From positions 1 through 25,050 of IMG/VR virus record IMGVR_UViG_3300005804_000107: 25,050 nt of DNA; one strand, 5' to 3'. The position numbers and the translations under genes are program-made. Positions 1-5,901 of this stretch are shown here, piece after piece (positions within the stretch are counted from its first letter, which is position 1; the number at the start of each line of letters is the position of its first letter). The notes under the pieces were generated by a model that was not told the DNA's origin, did no database searches, and saw only the letters and a program-made list of their open reading frames with translations. The stretch is from a virus (taxonomy: Duplodnaviria > Caudoviricetes).

Positions 1-810
1 TTGGCGCGCCCCTCAGCCGACCAGGCTCCGCGGGCCGAACTCGAGGAGGCGAGAGATTTCGGGGCGCTGTCGCGCAATTCAACGATTCCGCCTGCCGAAG
101 CGCTCGGCAAACGCAGGGCACCGGGAGGTGCCCGGGCCGCAGTGGCGCCTGAGGACCGCACGCCGCCGCCAGGCGTTCCGCCGGAGGAGTGGCCGGAGTT
201 CGAGGCGGAGCTCATCGCGTTGGCTGAGACGTTGAAGCCGCGGATCGGCGTGACCACTGCGGCCAGGTCGGAAATGCGGCGGTTGGTCGGCTGGGCCTGG
301 CCCGTTTTCGGGCGGGAGCGCTTGCTGGACCTGGTGACCCAGTTCCGCGACCTGCTAGCCGACGACCCCGGGACCTGGGTGGACCTGTCGTTTGGCCTGT
401 TTCGCGAGGTGTCCCAGTTCCTCGAGGCCGAGGAGGCCGGGCGAATCCGTCCGGTGGGCCTGGCCCTGGGCGCCGACGCGGTGACACGCAGGGTTCCGCC
501 GGCCCCCCCCCCGCCACCCGAGCCGCCGGCCAACCTGGTGCGCTCCCAGCGCCGGGCAGCCGAGGAACGCGCCGCGGCCGAACAGCGCGATCGCGAAGCA
601 GCCGCAGCCGAAGCCCTGCTGTCCGAGTTCGAGAGCCTGCCCGAGGAGGAGCAGGCCGACCTGCTGGCGATCGCCTGGGAGACCATGCCGGCGGTGGCCA
701 GGTCGCTGATTTCGGAGGGGGATCGGACCGACTCGGGGCATCCGATGGTCCGGGGCGCGCTGCTGGAAGTCCTGGGGGATCGTGCCCGGGCCAGCCCAGT
801 GCCGGCGTGA
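1..810 (+). CDS. Hypothetical protein, probably 5'-truncated; possibly the C-terminal part of a phage replication initiator
   Basis: ORF open from base 1; helical segments separated by a poly-Pro linker; C-terminal 'EFESLPEEEQADLL...HPMVRGALLEVL'; position upstream of packaging genes. Function is inference only. Confidence 0.4.
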   Translation: MARPSADQAPRAELEEARDFGALSRNSTIPPAEALGKRRAPGGARAAVAPEDRTPPPGVPPEEWPEFEAELIALAETLKPRIGVTTAARSEMRRLVGWAWPVFGRERLLDLVTQFRDLLADDPGTWVDLSFGLFREVSQFLEAEEAGRIRPVGLALGADAVTRRVPPAPPPPPEPPANLVRSQRRAAEERAAAEQRDREAAAAEALLSEFESLPEEEQADLLAIAWETMPAVARSLISEGDRTDSGHPMVRGALLEVLGDRARASPVPA

Positions 811-838
811 CTTCCGATACGGTTTAGTTATCGGAACT
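810..838. other. Inverted repeat resembling a Xer/dif-type tyrosine recombinase site (or an operator)
   Basis: ACTTCCGATAC-GGTTTAG-TTATCGGAACT; perfect 8-bp IR TTCCGATA (812-819)/TATCGGAA (829-836), AT-rich in a GC-rich context. Confidence 0.45.
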
Positions 839-883
839 TCTGGCGGCCACGACGGGCGAAAAATCAGGACTGGAGGTCGAGCG

Positions 884-1147
884 GTGAAGACCACCATCCC
901 CCGGCATTATGAAGCCAACCTGGCCCGGGCCAAGGCGGCCTACCTGGACATCGCCGGCCCGGACCTGGCTGCAGTGCGGGCCAGCCAGATCGCCTCACTC
1001 CCCACCGTCGAATGGCGAGGCCGCACCCTGCGGACCATCCGCTGCACCGGCACCACCGGGCGAGGTCCCCACGACATGCACGTTCCTGAGGCACTCCTGT
1101 GGAACCTGATCGACCTGCGGTTCTACCGCTGCCCCTACCACGCATGA
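884..1147 (+). CDS. Hypothetical 87-aa protein, possible Zn-binding (C..H..CxxH)
   Basis: GGAGG at 872-876, GTG at 884; 'IRCTGTTGRGPHD...YRCPYHA'; stop overlaps next start (ATGA). Confidence 0.65.
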   Translation: MKTTIPRHYEANLARAKAAYLDIAGPDLAAVRASQIASLPTVEWRGRTLRTIRCTGTTGRGPHDMHVPEALLWNLIDLRFYRCPYHA

Positions 1148-1473
1148 TCCCCGAGGTGGACCTGCTGCGTCAGGAGCTGGACAGCCTGCGCGGCCACCTG
1201 GCGGAAGCCGAGGAGCAGTTGGCCTCGACGCGCGCCGAGGTGCAGGCGTTTCGCGAGGAGATGCGCGAGGTCCGGGAGGCGGCTGCGAAGCGTCGGGCAG
1301 CCGCGGCCGCCAGGTCTGCGGGTCAGGCGGCCAGTCCACTCGTGATCCCCCCTGCGCAGGGGGCGCCGAGGCGCTTCTGTGCCTGCGGCGCGAAGATGAA
1401 GGACTTCGAACTACCCCTCGGCAGTTGCGCGACATGCTGGGTGGGAGGCAGCCGTCGACCGCGAGGGAGATAG
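1144..1473 (+). CDS. Hypothetical 109-aa coiled-coil protein with C-terminal Zn ribbon
   Basis: ATGA overlap at 1144; heptad-rich N-terminus (LLRQELDSLRGHLAEAEEQL); CxC...CxxC ('FCACG...SCATCW'). Confidence 0.7.
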   Translation: MIPEVDLLRQELDSLRGHLAEAEEQLASTRAEVQAFREEMREVREAAAKRRAAAAARSAGQAASPLVIPPAQGAPRRFCACGAKMKDFELPLGSCATCWVGGSRRPRGR

Positions 1474-1484
1474 AGGCTATACCC

Positions 1485-1679
1485 CTACCGGCTACTCTCT
1501 CCACTGGCCTTTGCGATGGCCTCCAGGATGGTCCGAGCGGTTCCGGTTGGAACCTCGCCGGAATGGAAGGGCAGGATGGTTCGAACGGAGCCCTTCTGGT
1601 AGTGGTAGTGTGAACCACGAACCTTCACGAGTTCGAACCCTTCGGCTTCGAGCATCCGCTTCAGTTCGCGCGTCTTCAT
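1485..1679 (-). CDS. hicA: HicA-family type II toxin (mRNA interferase), 64 aa
   Basis: MKTRELKRMLEAEGFELVKVRGSHYHY...LPFHSGEVPTGTARTILEAI: HicA motifs GF...RGSH, PxH and GTxxxIL; ATG at 1679. Confidence 0.93.
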   Translation of the reverse strand: MKTRELKRMLEAEGFELVKVRGSHYHYQKGSVRTILPFHSGEVPTGTARTILEAIAKASGESSR

Positions 1680-1685
1680 AACCAA

Positions 1686-1715
1686 ACTATACACCTCAGA
1701 GGATGCGCAAGTCAA
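1686..1715 (-). promoter_or_regulatory. Sigma70-type promoter of hicA, probably giving a leaderless mRNA
   Basis: Minus strand TTGACT (1715-1710)-N18-TATAGT (1691-1686); only 6 nt separate the -10 box from the ATG, and there is no Shine-Dalgarno. Confidence 0.7.
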
Positions 1716-1739
1716 CACCCTGTAAGGTGTGAATAATGG

Positions 1740-1769
1740 TTGACGAAAACATATTTTGAGGAGTATAAT
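1740..1769 (+). promoter_or_regulatory. Sigma70-type promoter of hicB
   Basis: TTGACG (1740-1745)-N18-TATAAT (1764-1769), followed by SD AGGAGGT (1776-1782). Confidence 0.8.
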
Positions 1770-1789
1770 CTGCTCAGGAGGTGGTCGAC

Positions 1790-2248
1790 GTGAGAACGAG
1801 GACAAGCCGAGTCCGTTATCCCGCTCGGTTCGACAGAGACCCTGATGGGCAGATCGTTGTGCAGTTCCCCGACCTGGGCGGAACCGGGATTTCCACCTTC
1901 GGCTCGACCCTATCTGCAGCGCGTGACCACGCGCGCGAGGCGCTCACCCTGTACCTCGAGGCCAGCTTCGAGCGCGGGTTCAGTTTGGACCAAGTGCCAG
2001 ACCGTCTGCCAGGCGGTGATGGATGGGAGTGGGTGTACCCCGAATCCTCGGTGGTGGTGCCGATCTTGATTCGCCACATCCGGACCACGGCCGGGTGGAC
2101 TCAGAAGCAGGCTGCCCAGCGCTTGGGTGTTCCCTATACCACATGGCAGAAGTGGGAGCACCCGGCGAAGTGCAACGCGACGTTGTCCACATTGGAGAAG
2201 GTTGCCGGCGCTTTGGGGAAGCGGCTGGAGGTCGCCTTCAGGGGTTGA
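1790..2248 (+). CDS. hicB: HicB-family antitoxin with C-terminal XRE/HTH_3 domain, 152 aa
   Basis: N-terminal 'YPARFDRDPDGQIVVQFPDL..ISTFGSTLSAARDHAREALTLYL' (HicB fold); C-terminal 'IRTTAGWTQKQAAQRLGVPYTTWQKWE...TLSTLEKVAGALG' HTH; GTG 7 nt after AGGAGGT. Confidence 0.93.
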   Translation: MRTRTSRVRYPARFDRDPDGQIVVQFPDLGGTGISTFGSTLSAARDHAREALTLYLEASFERGFSLDQVPDRLPGGDGWEWVYPESSVVVPILIRHIRTTAGWTQKQAAQRLGVPYTTWQKWEHPAKCNATLSTLEKVAGALGKRLEVAFRG

Positions 2249-2274
2249 CGAACGTAAGGCGAACCGAATAAGAT
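2245..2274 (+). promoter_or_regulatory. Putative sigma70-type promoter overlapping the hicB stop codon
   Basis: TTGACG (2245-2250)-N18-TAAGAT (2269-2274). Confidence 0.5.
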
Positions 2275-2304
2275 ATCTACTGCCCCCCTTTGTGTACAGT
2301 TGGC

Positions 2305-2346
2305 GGAGGAGACCGAGCGCAGGACGCTGGGTCTCCTTCTCTTTTT
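2305..2346 (+). terminator. Intrinsic terminator
   Basis: GGAGGAGACC-G-AGCG/CAGGA loop/CGCT-G-GGTCTCCTTC hairpin followed by TCTTTTT. Confidence 0.7.
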
Positions 2347-2358
2347 CCGGAGGACTGA

Positions 2359-2835
2359 GTGTCGGAACTGCCCGCATCCCCGTGCTGCCCCAGCTCCTAC
2401 CTGACGCAACTGTCCCAGGACGGCTCGCTCCTGTTGTGCATGGGATGCAACGCCGTGGTGCGCGCCGATCGGTTGGAGTCGCCTGGCCTGGGCGCCCCGG
2501 TCGACGAGTTGATGCGGGCCCCGATCACGTTGCCTGACCACGGAGGGGGACGCTACGGCGGCAGATTCCGCCGGCCCCAGAAGCCTGGGGAGAAGGAGTG
2601 GATCCAGCAACGGAGGCAGTCCAGGCGGGGCCTGGACATCGTGCAGGAGCCGTTGGGCCGCCCGGACCAGGAGCGGGAGCCGCTATCGCGGCAGGTGGGC
2701 GTGAAGCTGGACAGCACCACGGCCACCGAGGTGGAGACCGCTGCGCGGGCGCTGGAAGTCTCGGTCCCCGAGTTCGTCCGGCGGGCCCTGAACGCGTACC
2801 TTGGCGATGCCACCCGTCAGGCGAAGGGTGCCTGA
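2359..2835 (+). CDS. Zn-ribbon plus C-terminal RHH (CopG-like) DNA-binding protein, 158 aa
   Basis: GGAGG at 2349-2353; 'PCCPS...LLCMGC' at N-terminus; 'RQVGVKLDSTTATEVETAARALEVSVPEFVRRALNAYL' fits the RHH pattern. Confidence 0.75.
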   Translation: MSELPASPCCPSSYLTQLSQDGSLLLCMGCNAVVRADRLESPGLGAPVDELMRAPITLPDHGGGRYGGRFRRPQKPGEKEWIQQRRQSRRGLDIVQEPLGRPDQEREPLSRQVGVKLDSTTATEVETAARALEVSVPEFVRRALNAYLGDATRQAKGA

Positions 2836-3236
2836 TGCTCTGCCCGCCCCCCCGGCGCTTCTGCTGTTACTGCGGCACCGAGGCCGAAGAGAGGGAGACC
2901 GTCGACTGTGGTCGCTGCGGCACTCCCCGAGCGTTCTCGGCGCGGCCAAGACGAGGAGGACACCATGGAAACGTTGGACACGACGATCCTGACCCTGGCG
3001 GAGAGGCGCGAGCTGGCCCCGCTGATGGTCGACTTCGAGGCAGAGAAGGGCGCCGCCGCCACGGCCAGCGCGAAGCTGGAGCAGACCAAGAAGAGCCTGC
3101 ACGCCTGCCTGGACCGCCTCGGGGCGCCGGAGCAGGTGCGGGTGGAGATCGGTGGCCTGGTGCTGACGAGGCAGAGCCGCAGCTCGACCCAGATCAACCG
3201 CAAGCTGCTGGCCACCCGATACCCCGATGCGGCTGA
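2835..3236 (+). CDS. Possible Zn-ribbon protein whose 3' part overlaps the next gene out of frame
   Basis: TGATG coupling at 2833-2837; 'FCCYCG-x10-DCGRCG' double CxxC in the non-overlapping first 43 codons. Confidence 0.45.
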   Translation: MLCPPPRRFCCYCGTEAEERETVDCGRCGTPRAFSARPRRGGHHGNVGHDDPDPGGEARAGPADGRLRGREGRRRHGQREAGADQEEPARLPGPPRGAGAGAGGDRWPGADEAEPQLDPDQPQAAGHPIPRCG

Positions 3237-3300
3237 GGATGTCTCCTACTCGTCCTCCTACCTGACCCTGCAGATCGAGCGGAAGGACGAGGTCGCGTAG
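2965..3300 (+). CDS. Hypothetical 111-aa phage protein resembling the non-catalytic C-terminal region of YqaJ-type proteins
   Basis: Strong SD GAGGAGG (2953-2959); coiled coil, then 'GGLVLTRQSRSSTQINRKLLATRYPD...SSYLTLQI'; family resemblance from memory. Confidence 0.7.
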   Translation: METLDTTILTLAERRELAPLMVDFEAEKGAAATASAKLEQTKKSLHACLDRLGAPEQVRVEIGGLVLTRQSRSSTQINRKLLATRYPDAAEDVSYSSSYLTLQIERKDEVA

Positions 3301-3500
3301 GGGTGGGGGGGGGTCGAGGTCCCGTCCCACCGGCCCGCCAGGGGGGGAAAGCGCGCCACCGTTCCGAGCACAGAATCTCCCAAGGGAGGAAGGCACCGCG
3401 GTGCTTCCTGGCCGCGAATGCCGTATCCACGGGCTTGAGGTCGCGCACCCAAGGCGGTGCGCGACGGTGCGCGCGGTGCGGACCTGATCTGGGGTGAACC
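3301..3500. other. Non-coding region upstream of terS; candidate cos/packaging-initiation region
   Basis: G9 (3305-3313) and G7 (3341-3347) tracts; 12-bp palindrome GCACCGCGGTGC (3393-3404); 9-bp IR 3441-3449/3456-3464; three tandem CGGTGCG repeats. Confidence 0.5.
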
Positions 3501-4109
3501 GTGTCGATCCGGCAGACCATCCAACTTGAAAAGGACCAGGCGGCCTGGGTCGAGGCAGAGGCCAGGAAGCGAGGCGTCACCCGACGGGAGCTATTCCGGC
3601 AACTGGTCGAGTCCGCCCGTCGGACCGACGCCGAACAGGCCGAGCGCCAGGCCGCCGCCTCCGAGCCGACCGCCCCCAAGACACCCAAGGAACTCCAGGC
3701 GGAATTCCTGGCGGCCGTGCGGCGGGTCTACGATCCGGCCCTGGCGGCCGACGAGGCGGGGGTGCCGTTGCGCCTGGTCAAACGGTGGATGGCCAAGGCG
3801 GGCTTCCGGTCATCCTACGAAGAGGCCCGGCACTACTACAGGGCCGGGGTCCGTCGAGACCTGGTGGAGGTGGGACGCGGGAAGATCAAGGGCGGCTACG
3901 GGGTGGCGCTGCTCGGATTCCTGAACGCCACCGACGAGGACTTCGGAGTAGTGCGCAGCCGCGCGGTCCTGAAGGTGGTGGACCCCCTGCTGGAAGAGTG
4001 GCTGAGCATCCTGCAGGAGGAGCTGGGGCCCCAGGCCGAGGCCGCCCTGGCCAGGGTCCTGGAGCGGATGGACGCGGCGAAGGCGGATCGCCTGGCCCAA
4101 CTCGGATAG
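3501..4109 (+). CDS. terS: Terminase small subunit candidate (N-terminal RHH plus HTH plus helical oligomerisation region), 202 aa
   Basis: Directly upstream of terL; 'QAEFLAAVRRVYDPALAADEAGVPLRLVKRWMAKAGFRSSYEEAR' TerS-like HTH. Confidence 0.7.
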   Translation: MSIRQTIQLEKDQAAWVEAEARKRGVTRRELFRQLVESARRTDAEQAERQAAASEPTAPKTPKELQAEFLAAVRRVYDPALAADEAGVPLRLVKRWMAKAGFRSSYEEARHYYRAGVRRDLVEVGRGKIKGGYGVALLGFLNATDEDFGVVRSRAVLKVVDPLLEEWLSILQEELGPQAEAALARVLERMDAAKADRLAQLG

Positions 4110-4126
4110 GGGGACCACGAGGTGCA

Positions 4127-5638
4127 GTGCGGACCGCAGACCTGCAGACCCGGCTCCAGGCGAAGGCGCGCAGCCGCCTGCGGAGGAAGGCCACCTGGAT
4201 CCTGCACGGCGGCCGCAAGCGCAAGCACGAGCCCCTGGTCGAATACCAGGGGCGCCCGATCGAGTTCGCCAGGGAGGTCCTGGGCATCGAGTTCTGGTCC
4301 CGGCAGCTCGAGGCCATCGACATGGTCAACACCTGGCAGGAGACCTACATCAGCAGTGGCCACGGGGTCGGGAAATCGACCTGGGTGGCCGCCTTCGCGA
4401 ACTACTGGTTCTGCACCGGGATCGGCCCGGTGCTCCTGACCTCGAGTTCGAACACCCAGTTGCGGGACATGCTGTGGGACCAGAGCCTGCAGACCCAACG
4501 CCTGGACGCGGCCCGGGCCCTGCCTGGAATCGTCAAAGAGGGACTGATGGAGATCGTGGTGCCGGGCACGAAGAAGTGGTGGCTGAAGGCCCGCACCACG
4601 GACAAGCCGGAGCGGTTCCAGGGACGGCACATCGACTACCTGCTGGTGATCATCGACGAGGCCGCCGGATTCCCACGCCGGCTGTGGAGGGCCATCAAGG
4701 GGTGGCTGAGTTCCAACGTGGGCTGCAAGATCGTGGCCATCGGGAACCCGAACGAAGACCTCTCTTCGGAGTTCGCGCGGGCCTTCCACGAACGCCAGGG
4801 CGACGTGGGGACGCTCTACATCTCGTGCGAGGACTCGCCCTACGTCAGCCAGCAGTGGATCGCGGATCGCGAAAAGGAGTGGGGCCGGGACAGCGTCGAC
4901 TTCCTGACCCGGGTCCTGGGGCGCTGGCCCACGGACTCGACCGACAAGGTCCTGCCCCTGGACCGACTGGAGCACGCGCACAAGCTCTGGCACCAACTAC
5001 CTCCGGACGACGGGCGCATCCAGAAGGTCTTCTGGGACGTGGCAGGCCGGGGCAAGGACCACAACGCCCTGGTCGGCCTGCAAGGGCAGCGCATCCGGGT
5101 CTTCCGCTACTGGAAGAAGCGAGACTTCCTGGACAGCGCGCACGACGTCTTCGAGTGGATGCGGGCCCTGCCCAAGGAGCGGCGGCCCCGGGTGCTGATG
5201 CTGGACGCGACCGGCATGGGGGACGGCGCCTATCTGGAGATGCGGCGCCTGTGGAAGAACCCGGCCTGGCGCGACGTGGTGTCCGGCACGCAACTGGTGG
5301 GCGTCCAGTGGTCTGCGACCCCGCACTCGCGCAACGAGTTCGGCAGCCTGGTGGACGAATGCTATGGGCTGCTCCGACGCCGTCTGGACCCGAGCAGACC
5401 CCTGGAACAGCGCCTGGCGCTTCCGCCGCAGGACGATCTGCCCGGGAAGCTGACCGTCGGGGAAATGGACGCCCAGCTCAACGCGAAACGCTTCTGGTTC
5501 GACGAACGCCACAAGTTCGTAACTGAAGGGAAGGAGGACCTCCGCAAGAGGCGGGTCAAGAGCCCTGACGTCGCCGACGCCATCGCCGGGCTGATGCACG
5601 TCCCGCCTCGGGTCGAGGTCTCGATGCTGTCGGTATGA
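4127..5638 (+). CDS. terL: Terminase large subunit, about 503 aa
   Basis: Walker A SGHGVGKS, Walker B LLVIIDEA, coupling motif IGNP, nuclease acidic motifs FWDVAGRGKD and SPDVADA; start placed at GTG 4127 to avoid overlap with terS. Confidence 0.95.
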   Translation: MRTADLQTRLQAKARSRLRRKATWILHGGRKRKHEPLVEYQGRPIEFAREVLGIEFWSRQLEAIDMVNTWQETYISSGHGVGKSTWVAAFANYWFCTGIGPVLLTSSSNTQLRDMLWDQSLQTQRLDAARALPGIVKEGLMEIVVPGTKKWWLKARTTDKPERFQGRHIDYLLVIIDEAAGFPRRLWRAIKGWLSSNVGCKIVAIGNPNEDLSSEFARAFHERQGDVGTLYISCEDSPYVSQQWIADREKEWGRDSVDFLTRVLGRWPTDSTDKVLPLDRLEHAHKLWHQLPPDDGRIQKVFWDVAGRGKDHNALVGLQGQRIRVFRYWKKRDFLDSAHDVFEWMRALPKERRPRVLMLDATGMGDGAYLEMRRLWKNPAWRDVVSGTQLVGVQWSATPHSRNEFGSLVDECYGLLRRRLDPSRPLEQRLALPPQDDLPGKLTVGEMDAQLNAKRFWFDERHKFVTEGKEDLRKRRVKSPDVADAIAGLMHVPPRVEVSMLSV

Positions 5639-5901
5639 AGAACACCCAACCTCCCCTGCCCTTTGGATCGGATCCTGTCGTCAGGATCTTCGTGGGCCCT
5701 GACCCGGCCGACGATCGGAACCTGCTGTTGGGCTACCAGCGCGCCAGCGGGGACGTGCAGATGAGTCCGATCTCCCGCCCCCTGCTGGAAGCCCTGCGCG
5801 GCTCCTGGCAGGCGCTGGAAGTGCTGCCCGCGCTGGACGGCCAACACGAGTGCCGACATGTGGACCTCCAGCGACCGGTGACCTATGCGCTTCTCGGGTA
5901 A
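5635..5901 (+). CDS. Hypothetical 88-aa protein between terL and portal
   Basis: ATGA overlap with terL; fills the gap and overlaps the portal start. Confidence 0.55.
   Translation: MKNTQPPLPFGSDPVVRIFVGPDPADDRNLLLGYQRASGDVQMSPISRPLLEALRGSWQALEVLPALDGQHECRHVDLQRPVTYALLG

Noticed and set aside
1680-1805. 42-aa N-terminal extension of HicA
   Set aside because: Spans the promoter region and the hicB start; the HicA fold begins at Met 1679
3785-4126. N-terminal extension of terL in the ORF track
   Set aside because: Overlaps terS out of frame and is low-complexity. Similar over-extended starts were trimmed for the ORFs at 782, 1099, 10876, 11726, 12001, 19297 and 23757
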